A stretch of DNA of 64,000 bases, taken from the NCBI GenBank assembly GCA_965112155.1, contig OZ218098.1. The stretch is one strand, 5' to 3'. The position numbers and the translations under genes were made by a program. Source of the DNA: Podarcis liolepis. Taxonomy: Eukaryota. Under the pieces are notes generated by a model. The model searched no databases, was not told the DNA's origin, and was given only the letters and a program-made list of their open reading frames with translations. Below, one piece after another: positions 1 to 18,300 of the stretch. Each line of letters opens with the position of its first letter. Within the stretch, counting starts at the first letter, position 1.

Positions 1-2
1 TG

Positions 3-6639
<6,637 letters not shown>

Positions 6640-8739
6640 CCTGCCGCGCGTGAAAAGGGGCGTCAAGCGAGGTCGATCTCCTTGCTGCTGCCCCCGTTGG
6701 TAGGTAGGCAGGTGCCCGGGTGGGAGCTGCCCAGAGAGCAAGACGCCTCCTCCGCGGATAGCACCGCAAAAGGAAGAAGAAAGGGCTCCGCGCAGCCTTC
6801 CTCTTCCTGGGGCGGGAGAGGAGAGAAGAGAGGGAGGGAAGGAGGCGGGCTTTTCTGCGGCCTCCGCTTCTAATAAGCCGAGCGCGAGGGAGGGCGAAAG
6901 GGTTGCTTTTAGGATGAGTCACCGCGCGTGTGGCGCCTTCATCATCCCTCCGTCCGGTCCTGCCAACTCAGGTCGCAAGCAGCCGAGATGGACGTCTCTG
7001 GCGGCGAAGGAAGCGGGACTTGGCTTTTTTCTTTGCAGGGTTGGGATCCGCCTGCTGCAACCCAGCAACCCCTCAAACAGAACCGGAGAGATGGAAGTTT
7101 GACGGAAAATAGAAGTACTGGTTGCGCATAGGTATATATGCGACACTCGATTTCTCATCGTTGATATACTGGCCGCGAATAAGTGAACTGACTCCGTTTC
7201 AAAGCTTTGCGTCAGTCACATTGGTAATCAAGGGATGAACACATCTATACGAATTAGTCCTTTGATCGAGCGTGTCAAGAGGATAGATCCTGGCACATCA
7301 CGATGTTATTTTTTCCTACACCTGTAATAGAGTATTTCTTGTTTTTTAGGCAAGCAAGCCTATCCAGACATGTAACTTTATTTTGGACATTTATGTTAAA
7401 ACTGCTGTTTTTATCTGTATTGTGCTAGATGTTATGTCTGTTTTCTTTTAAAGATTGCTTTTATCAGTACTTTTATATTTTATATTGTTTTATGTAATCT
7501 GCTTAGAGGTTTTTGTTGAAAAAGCAGGATATAAATCTTGTTAAATTGGACCCCATATGTACCAATTTGATTATTTGTGCTACAAATAACCATAAATCGA
7601 AATGGTGAGAGGAATGGAAGATAACCCTTTTGTCCATTGTGATCATTCTGACAGTGCATAGAACATACTGTGGCATGTTTGTGTTCCGCCATCCTTCTGT
7701 CTCCAAAACAGAATCTCCTCATGGTTACCAAGTACTTCCTTTCAGTGGAAGTCAATGATATTTTGTACTGAGGCATTGCAATAGATATAGAGATGTCTCA
7801 CTTTCTCTTTACATCCATCAGACAACAACAGATTACGCTAAAAATGATTCTGGCCTTGTATAGGTGAACTAATATCTACTACCACCAAGCCATTGGGTGT
7901 CTGAAATGCCATAAACTCCGATATGACCAGAGCCACATGTGTACATTACTTTTCTGAAGGCAGTTAATAGCACACTGCACAAACAGAAGTGGTGAGAGAG
8001 GGATCCCAGGATTCGCTCTTGGTTCCACTTCCCAAAGCACAAGGTTGAAGTTGGTTACTGTTCCCAATTTCTTATTTCTAGTCCCTACAAAAATTCAAAA
8101 CAGCAGCATGAACAGCCTCAATAAAGAACTGAAGTTTATACAATGCCTCTATAATACAAGTAACCACAGCCTGGCAGGCAACCTGGCAATGAAAATATTA
8201 CACCCGTAACGATCACACCAGCAGTAGAGGAATTCGGATTTTATTTTTCCAAGAGAGTCTGTTTCTCATTTCTTCAACTGCTGTGTTAGGCTGTGTTCAC
8301 AAAACAGTCCTTCAGTTTATTAGATGTACTTCAAGTCACCAGCATTCTTTGTGCTCATTCACATAAAGGAGTAATTAAAAATGACTATTACTTATACTTA
8401 AATCTAAGCATAACCAAGAGGTCTCCTGATTAGGCATTTGGTTTGTGATGTTGAATGTTGTCTGTTAACTCTGTTCTATCCTGTTTCCCCTTTGTTTAAA
8501 CCAATTCATGAACCAAGAACTTACACATTCACTACTAATAATGAACCATATGTTGTAGATATTACTCTACATTTATTATGCTATTTTTGTGATATACAAG
8601 TGACATGAGCAAACTTGGTATACTTATTTGTATAACATTTGTATAACATGGGGGGGGGAGTTAGGTAAAACCACGAGTGCATCATTCCATCTTAAGCCTT
8701 TTGCAAGATACCTTGTGGCTTTGCTACCAGTCTACATTT

Positions 8740-8850
8740 CTCCCACCCACCCTGCTGTTTACCATTTTGCCTGATGAAGACTTCTGGAGAACTCAAAAGC
8801 TTGCATGCCATTTTGTGACATTTTTGTTGCCCTAATTAATATGTTGTGCT
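8740..8850 (+). mobile_element. Penelope-like element remnant with decayed hammerhead-ribozyme motif
   Basis: CTGATGA-AGACTTCTGGAGAACTC-AAAAGCTT followed by TTTTGTGACATTTTTGTTG, resembling the Penelope terminal repeat as I recall it. Confidence 0.55.
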
Positions 8851-9149
8851 AATATAGGTTCTGGAATGCTGCAGTATTGTGAGGCATGCATTTTATTTTA
8901 TTTTTAGTGAGAAATGTTTCGTCTTAGCTCCACCTCTACGCTGAAAGCTGTCAGAAGCCACTGTCACTGCCATATTCCCCACCTGCAATATAAGGACAAT
9001 GGATTGTGTTACTATTGGCAGAGCAATTCTTAAAACGTTTTAAACCCTTCTTTAAACACACACACATACATTTTTTCCAAACGAAATAACCTGAGTTAAA
9101 AAAGAATACGACCCGTCCCTTCTTTGTTGGTTTTTATTTTCTTTTTAGA

Positions 9150-10030
9150 AGGGAGCGGCGGGCATACTCCGCAGCCCACTCGTAGCTATAATTTCTCCAT
9201 GGTTTTCCAATAGACGGCCTTTTCCTTTTCGCCCTGGAAGCGGAAGGTTGAAACAGCCTCAAAAGAAACCCCAGGATTTCTATTTCTGCAGGAAGCCGAA
9301 TAGTAGCCGCTCTCAACTTTTCCTATCTCTATTCTTGAATAGTAGGGACTGAGCGGCTTGCGCATGCGTGTCGCATGAAAACATCCCGCTTCACTCTCCG
9401 AGGCCGATGCACGTGATCGCTGAGTCGCTCGGCCTCGGCGTCTGTATGGCTGCTGCGGCTGCTTCCGGCCGCGGCTGTCAGGAGGACTCCTCGCTCCTCC
9501 CCCGCCCCCTTCCTGATCGGTGGCTGAAGAGATGGCGAGCGGCGGCGGCGGCAGCTCGGATGTCCCGGCGGCAGAGGCAGGGGAGCCGGTGCCGGTGCCC
9601 GGTGGCTGCGCGGCCGGAGGCGAGGAGGAAGAGGAGGAGGAGCAGGAGGTCTTGGCTCTGGCCGTCCACCTGAGGCGGCGCCTGAGGGGCTGGGAGGCGA
9701 CGGTGGCCGCCGTGCAGCGGCTGCTGGTCTGGGAGAGGCCGCCGCAGAGCCTGGCCGGGGCCGCCGCGCTCGGAGCTGCTCTGTGGTGAGAGGAGGCGGA
9801 GGCCACTACGGGGGGGGGCGCAGGATGGGGCCCCGGGAGGTAGCGCGCGCGCGGGGGGGGGTGTTGTTCACCTGCGTGGCAGCGGCGGCGGTTAGGAACC
9901 GCGCGAAGGGGGCTGAAAGTAGAGCTGGCAGGTAGATGGGGTCGTGGATGCGCCTGATGTTGTTTCAGCTGGGCGACCGGTTGTCTCTTGGCGAGAGGAA
10001 GCAGGCCAGGCTGCAAGAGAGCCCCGGGCC
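9150..10030. promoter_or_regulatory. CpG island / RETREG2 promoter and first exon
   Basis: CpG-dense; NRF1-like TGCGCATGCG at 9359-9368; E-box CACGTG at 9410-9415; boundaries approximate. Confidence 0.8.
9532..9785 (+). CDS. RETREG2: RETREG2 exon 1
   Basis: MASGGGGSS...[21 protein letters not shown]...GAALW; donor TG|GTGAG. Confidence 0.92.
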
Positions 10031-13000
10031 TAGGGTCACCTATCCTGCTGCAAATTTAATACCACATAGAGCTGTTCTCCTACGCGTGCTTACTTGGGAG
10101 TAGACTCCTATTGAAATCCGTTGGACTTACCTCAGAGTAAATGTGGATAAGCTTGTGCTCCTCATAATCTTCCAGTTGTCTGCAGGGAAGCTTTCGAAGG
10201 GAAAGGAATTGCCAGTCTGGTGTGAAGTGGGCCTGTGTGGCAGCTTTAGGGTAGCGTTTTCTGATGTGGGTCAAGGGTAGGATTGCTCAGGAATAGCCAT
10301 TCTGTTTCATTCTGAGAATCTGCCATGCATTATTCTGGAATAAGTTGATAGCCCCATGCGATTATGTTTTACCTATGTATGTAACCCTTCCCTTCTCTAA
10401 AGATCTCAGGTTTTCATATACAGTGGTATCTCGGGTTAAGTACTTAATTTGTTCTGGAGGTCCGTTCTTAACCTGAAACTCTTCTTAACCTGAAGCACCA
10501 TTTTAGCTAATGGGGCCTCCTGCTGTCGCTGCGCCGCTGGAGCACGATTTCTGTTCTCATCCTGAAGCAAAATTCTTAACCCGAGGTACTATTTCTGGGT
10601 TAGCGGAGTCTGTAACCTGAAGCGTATGTAACCCGAGGTGCCACTGTATAGGGTTTCTCTGGCTATTCTCATAGCAACCCTGTAGGGTTGGTTGAGCTTA
10701 GTAATAATCAGTTGCCCAAGTCAGTAAGCTGGAGTTTGGACCAAGGTCTCCCCAAATCAATCAAAACACACATACAATTTGTGCAAAGATTTTGGTTGGG
10801 ACATTTGGAAATAGGTCTCTTGAGGTTAGGGAATTGTGGGGAAAGGTACTGGGGAGGCTAGTATGAGGAATTGAGGAAAGTGGAATAGGTAAGAAATTTG
10901 CAGTTGTGGAAGGGAATCTAGGGCTGTGAAGTTGAGTGGTAGTTGCAAGGGAGAGATCTGGTAAAATGTAGTTATGCAATGGTGATGGAAAGGCCTTGCA
11001 ACAGGTAAAACTACACAGTGCATGTGTAAAAGATCAAAGTTGATATGAGCAATAAAGCATTTGAGAATGGAGGATATTTGGTTGTGAATTTCCTCCATGG
11101 CCAAGGATTATCATATTTTAAAGGAGGCACAGGTGTGCAGGGACATCCCCCACAAGTTGGAGTCATTCTGAAAAGAGCAGCACTTCTCCCAGAAGTAAGA
11201 GCAATGTGAAGGAACACTGAGATGAATTGCTAATTGATAGTGGGTGGAATGTGCATTATGATTGTATGACTGTCTGGATCACTACTGCAGCCCCAAAGCA
11301 ATTCAGATGGGCCTTTAAATGTCATCTGACTTTTGGATTCTTGGCCCTATCTTCTGAAAGTTAAAAAAGAACTGCTAGATACCTTTAAAACCAGCAGATC
11401 TCTGGACACCATACTTTTGCCCAATTTTGGTATCATTCTCTAGCAATCTAGAAGCTTCTGTTTGGAAACAACAACAAATCATAAAAGCAATGTAAATCCT
11501 TCTTTTGTGGTTCTTCATTAGTATGAGAAAAGTGGCAATTCTAAATATTCTTTCCTGTGCACTATGAAGGGAGGCAGATGACTTTAAAATAATGGACCCT
11601 GAAAGCTTAGTCAAAGAAACTCATAACATCTTTGCTTCTTCGTGTAGATCTGCAAAAATTGTGAGATGACATGAGTGATTTAAAAGATAGGAAAGCATGG
11701 GAAACTTTCATTTGCTCCTACTTGGCACTAACATTACATTTTGGAGCAGTTTTCAATATCCTTTATAAACAAATCCAGAATGGTGCCTCAAGTTATAATT
11801 ATCGTTGGGAGTGGAAGGATGTTGGGTCCAGACGTCTAGTGAAAAAATGATTGCACCCTCCTGTAGCAAACTTTTGCCTATCTAATTGTTAAAATTCATC
11901 CCAGATGTCTGGGGGTAAAAAAGTAAGTTCAACACCCTTCCCCCTGGATTACTTGCTTATTTCAGCAATAAGAATCTACTTTATAGGGAGTCAGTACTGG
12001 GCTCAGCAGGTCAATGGTCTACTACTTTCACTGGCAGAGAAACTCTAGAGTCGCAAGTCAAAAACTTTCCCAGCCCTAGTCCCTGAGACTCTTAACTGAC
12101 GATAGCAGGGACTTAACATTGGACTTTCTACATGCCACACATGTACTCTGCCTATGAGCTATAGAGAAGAGTATAGAACAACCTGCATGCATGAGTCAGT
12201 AGTGGGGTTCCCTCCTTGAAATTGTCTGTCTGAGACTACTGCTGGTCTTGTATGGATGAAATTCTGTTGCCCCTGGCCACAGTGCAGTCATGGATTGATT
12301 AAGTCCCTGGTGGACCCAAGAAGGCTTCGCTTTGAGGCATATTTTGTGGTTTCTTCTACACTTGATCTAACAAGGATTGCAGTCACAAGCTTAGGATGTG
12401 GGACTTAACATTGGTTGGGTTTAGCGTCATGTAGACTTCCCTCTTCACTCTCAAAGTATAAACAGACCTCTCCCTGACGCACGGGTGGTGCCAAGTGCGC
12501 CTCCAGGACTTGGCTTGTGATAAACACGGACTGCTACTAGCAGCTGCAGATAATTGGAGACTCGCCCAGGAGTGTTTCTACTTAGAATTTGTGCACTCAC
12601 TGTGTACAACCCACATGGTTCATACTATCCCCAGCTTGGGCCTGGTAGCTTAGTAGTAACCCCTGGCAATGTGCCAGGCTGGGAGTAAGCCCTACAAGCT
12701 GTGCTGTTGTTAAGCCTGCAGTGGATGAGAACTGTAGTGCTAGCACATTCCTTGTTTTCTGCCTATCCTGCCTCTGCGCACACAGCAACATTGAACAAGC
12801 CCGTGTGGTGGAATCCAGCATACAGCTGGGGGTGGGGGGGAAACATCCTGTTTACTCTTGCAGACAATGAGCTGACTGTCAGCAGAGCAGATTCACAGGC
12901 TGGAGTCAAGCAGGGGTTGGTAGTACACTTCCAAAGACTGCAGCTTGTGGAGATGTTAATTTAAACTAGAAATGTTTTTTGTTATAATACTTAATAATAA

Positions 13001-15298
13001 TTTAAGAGAAGGGAGAAAGATCCTGCCAGAAAATATTTTCTCATTAAAAGAAGAAAAATTCTCAAACAGTAATACATACAGGGCTAGGAAGAGAAGAAAA
13101 CATAACATAAAAGAAGCCAGCAGCATATTTTTTAGGTACCCACCATGCTCAGGCTATAGGGACGCGGGTGGCGCTGTGGGTAAAACCTCAGCGCCTAGGA
13201 CTTGCCGATTGCATGGTCGGCAGTTCGAATCCCTGTGGCGGGGTGCGCTCCTGTTGCTCGGTCCCAGCACCTGCCAACCTAGCAGTTCGAAAGCACCCCT
13301 GGGTGCAAGTAGATAAATAGGGACCGCTTACTAGCGGGAAGGTAAATGGCGTTTCCGTGTGCTGCGCTGGCTCGCCAGATGCAGCTTGTCACGCTGGCTA
13401 CGTGACCCGGAAGTGTCTCCGGACAGCGCTGGCCCCCGGCCTCTTAAGCGAGATGGGCGCGCAACCCCAGAGTCGGACACGACTGGCCCATACGGGCAGG
13501 GGTACCTTTACCTTTACATGCTCGGGCTAATATATTTCAAATTACTAGGTGCCACCAACATCATTTTTCTAGTTGACTGGATGCCTGTAATTTTTAAACC
13601 TTTAATTACACAGAGTACAGGTCTCTAAACTGTACACTCATGGTCCAATGCATAGAAATCCAGTGCCTATAATAGATTTCAGTTGGAAGCTGTATACAAC
13701 ACTTTCAAGGATGTGAACTTCTGCCAGTGATAGCTCAAATAGGTAGAAAATAAAAAAGAACAGGGGTGCGCATCCCATTCCCACAATAAGCTTTGGGTGA
13801 ACAGAAGAGTATATTTTGTCAGAGTGCATTAATTCATTTCTTGCCCAACACTTTTGTTCAGTGTGTTTATGTCAATAATAGGCAAAATGTGTAAAAAAAA
13901 AATAGGAACTTGGTGTTTCCACCTCAAATTGTGGTTTGGGCCACCCTAAATCATAGACCCAAACATGCAGGAGAATGTTATCTAGAGATGACAGACTCAT
14001 ATCCAATGCAAGTTTTTTAAACACAGGACACTGTCAAATGTGTTGGTCTAAGCCATTGCCAATGATAGCCAAACACGCATAGAAAAGAATAAAGAACTGG
14101 GGAAGGGATGCAATAAACTTTGGTATATTACAAATCATACACCCACATCTGCAGGATGGTACCCTCTATCGGACAGCATAGAATCACGTCAGGCCCAATG
14201 CTTTTTGGAGTAGCAAGGTGCTATCAGTTGCATGGGTCTACACCAATAATTGTCAAAATATGTACAACTCTACTGCTGGATGTGTGAGTATATGGCTTGG
14301 TGGTTCCTAAGTTCCATCTTATTTTTTTACACATTTTGGTTGTCGTTGGCATAGTTTCACACCACACATTTTCTTGTGTCCAAGCACTGTGTTGCTAGAC
14401 CAAATGCAATTTGGGTATAACCATTGTGGTGGTCCAAAGCAAGTTTGGGTTGCACAAACCCAATTCCTTATTCTTTTCTACATTTGTTGGCTATTAATTA
14501 TTTGTTATATTAGAATAATATAATTTCTAAAATTGGCTATCATTGGACTACCTAAAAATTTATAATTTGACATAAATGTTATGGATGTCATTCTTCATGA
14601 GATAGGAGCTGCAGCAGAGTGACAGACAGTCATTTTGGAAAATAGCTTCTGCAGACATGTGCACATGATGTTTACTGATGTTTCCTCTTTCTGAACCATC
14701 TTCTATGTCATCCAAGTGGAAATTGCTTTCAGTAATGACTTTCCTTCTGAAATTTATTACAGTGGTACCTCGGGTTACATACACTTCAGGTTACATACGC
14801 TACAGGTTACAGACTCCACTAATCCAGAAATATTACCTTGGGTTAAGAACTTTGCTTCAGGATGAGAACAGAAATCGTGCAGCGGCGATGCAGCAGCAGC
14901 AGGAGGCCCCATTAGCTAAAGTGGTGCTTCAGGTTAAGAACAGTTTCAGGTTAAGAACAGACTTCCAGAACGAATTAAGTTCTTAACCCGAGGTACCACT
15001 GTATAGGACACTGGTCTATAGTGTTGGACTTGGACCTTGAAAACTTTGAAATGTACTCTAGCATTTGGCACAATATGGCCTAGATCAGACATAGGCAAAC
15101 TCGGCCCTCCAGATGTTTTGAGACTGGAATTCCCATAATTCCTGACCACTGGTCCTGTTAGCTTGGGGTGATGGGAGTTGTAGTCCCAAAACATCTGGAG
15201 GGCCGGGTTTGCCTGTGCCTGGCCTAGATTAAGGGCCACTGACGAGTGCCAAGGCACCTGCAAAGGCTTTAACTGATGCCCCAGATACTGAGCTTTCA

Positions 15299-15343
<45 letters not shown>

Positions 15344-18300
15344 CTGTAGCCCTCCTAGAAAGGAAGTTATGGGGTAAAATGTGCAGGTGCTTTCTCAGCA
15401 ATTTCTGTGAAATGAGTGAGTGTGAGATGGCCTCTTTTAACTTTTGTCTTTATCCCTGTAACTTTCCAGGCTGTTTTCCTCCACTTCGTTGCGTCCTCTA
15501 TTCCTCCTCAGCATGGGCTTTATTGGTGTTCTCCTGTTGGAGAGATGGAAGCCTCAATTCCTGTTGGATTTCTCAGGTAAGTGAAGTAGTGAAGGTTGTA
15601 CAAGTAAAGGAAGTGGTGTACTTCTGAAGCAGGGATAATCTTGGTTGATTCTTGCATTCTTCCAAGTTCAGTTCATTGCTTCCTGTCCTGCTGTGATTTC
15701 CTGCTGATCAAGCCTTGAACTAACACTTCCCCCCTTTTTTGCTGTACTATACTGAATAAAAAGTAGCAAGTAATTGGCGTTCTTTGGACTAAAGGCACTT
15801 GGTTAATATTTGCTGGCGTTTTTTGTTTTTTTTTTCATCTCTTTGCTTCTGCTCATGTTGAGAATGCACATTAGAGCACCTTTCTGTTTGTTGAGGGCAG
15901 TCATGTGAGAAATGCTGTTTGGCTGAAAGATTAAATGTAGCAATTTGTTTTGTACAGTTAGAGCTTAAGGAGTGTGGATGTAACTGCCTGCAAGTCTTGA
16001 CAAATTTTGGATTAAATAAGTGGTATCATGAGTGCCTGAGTCAGAACCAGGCAACTATGTGGTGTTGGCCTACAATGTCTAATGTCTTTCCTTCACTGTC
16101 CTCAAGAAATATACCCCTGGTGAGCTCAGCATGTGGAGCACCAGTGGCTAGCCTTTTGTTCGCCCAAGGTCTGTATTTGTTCTTGACCAACCTTCCAGGG
16201 GTCCCATGAGAGCAGCGAGTGTAACCAGAAGTGAGTCACCCCACTCTCTCTTTTGCACACAGAGAATCAGCTTCCCTTCTCAATTGGAAGGGCAGATTAC
16301 CAAAGGGGGCAGTGGTTTAAATCTCTCCACTCATTGAATGATTGCTCGGGGGGGGGTGCAAATTGTATCCCCATCTTCATCTCAGTGCTGTATCTACTTT
16401 GATTTCTTCTTCTTGCCACTGCCAAATTGGTGTAGTTTTTGTAAGCCATAAAAATTTGCTTGCGGGCAGGATCAGGTCCCCACAATGTGGGGTTAGCCAC
16501 ACTTATGGTAGAGGCTGTGTCTTTCCACATGGTGGAATCTCTAATTAACTCTTTTTGGGACACTTTTTAGGACACATATGAGCAACAACTTGCAGAGTCT
16601 GGTTTTCATTAATCAGTATATATGATGTTTCACAATGTCTTCAATCCTCCAAGAGAGAAGCTGATCACAAGATGTTAGAGGGAGTCTATTGTCTGGATTT
16701 AATATTGAATTCACTTAATCAGCCCTGTTGTGCCCAGACATCAAACCCTAAACAAAATACTGGCAGGGAGTGGTTTAGAAAAACAGAGACCTAGGTGCCC
16801 TGTTCAAGCAGGACTTGTAAAAACATTGCAGCCCAGAAAATTGGATCACACACTCTTCTTGTGCAGTAAGGTGTATCATGTCAGTTTCACTTTGTGATTT
16901 TTGGAAGGTTTCCCATGTCACAGAATGATGCAAAGCACCAGTAATATCACTCTTAGCAACGGATTTCTGCTTTAATCTTCCTGTGCTGGAGGAATTTCCT
17001 GTAGAGTAGCAGGATCAGCATCATTTTATTTTTATGTTAAATATTACTTGAGTTAAGTTAAGGCTGTTTTGTTCCAGATAACTGCTGGCAAAGAGTAGAG
17101 TTGCTGTGGGGTTACATAAGACAAAATAGTAGGCCAGCCATGGTGAGCTGAGGGTTATTTTCTTCCTACTTTTGTTAAACGACCTGGTGAGCAGAACTAC
17201 TATCCAACTTGGTTCATGTAAGATCAACTGACAAGCCACCTATCCAAGAAGCATCTAATGTTGACCCTCATAACTGACACAGTCATCCTGATTAGATCCC
17301 AGGCAGATTCTGTTGTTATCCTTATGAATCGTATTGGAGCTGTATCATTAAATAGGAATGCAGCTTCCTCCCTGTTTGAAGGACCAAGAAGAGCAGTTCT
17401 GAACATGGTGAACATTTTTCATATGCAGAATACAGCCAAATTCATAGAGAGACTGTACTGAGAAATTCACTGTGGATTCAAGGTTAATAACTTGCTGTTG
17501 CAGTGGACTGAGATTTCTGTGTGATCTTTCAGGCCCATAAGACTGCTACACAAGGGGAAGCAATTGTTAAGTGAGCAGCACAATGCCCCTGCCAGAGCTA
17601 ACAAAGTCAAAGGCTGCATTAGCTTCTTGTTGGTGCATTAGGAGGTACAAAATGGCATGGTGTAAACAGTTGCGTTCCTGCTGCCCCAGTACATGATGCC
17701 TGGATTCAGCACTCTGGCAAGCAACAGTACTGAAATAACAGGCAAGCACAGTAGCCCATGTATTTGGAGCTGCCGTAAACAAACATTACAGCCAGGCTTC
17801 TGTGTTAACAATAGTAGCTTTTCACACTCCTGAAATGGGCCCAAGATTTTTCATGTGGGCAGTGGCTGCTGCAATGCCTGAGTACCCACCAGAATCTCTG
17901 CTGCCCGAGGAAGATGGTGATTGGCTCCCTCTGTTAGGGCTGATTGCCTGGAATCTGGGTCACAGACTTAACAAGATTGCTTTCCGCCGCTCCACTGCTC
18001 TATTCACCAGCCTGTCAGCTCTGTGTATGTGGCCCAGGGGAAAGCCCTGAGCTAGCCCCAAGCACTGTAGCTTGTACAGACTGTGTGCAGCTGACTGCAC
18101 ATTATAACAGCATAGCACGTCAGCTACACTAGATAGTCATATCTGATGAGCTTTGAATTCTAGCTTCAAATCTCTAATGCAAAAGAGCTTATTCACACAT
18201 CTTCTCTACAACTAGGCTCAAACAAAGGTCACATTTTAAGGAGCTCCCTGGGTGGCTTTGTAAAGCCAGGGTTTCTTTTTCCCCTCACATAATATATTTT

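Noticed and set aside
9186-10016. 276-aa minus-strand ORF antisense to RETREG2 exon 1
   Set aside because: GC-rich CpG-island shadow ORF with low-complexity translation and a non-ATG start; no recognisable domain
18143-18172. CTGATGAG motif as hammerhead ribozyme or snoRNA box
   Set aside because: No GAAA core or closing stems, and no partner C/D boxes with a terminal stem
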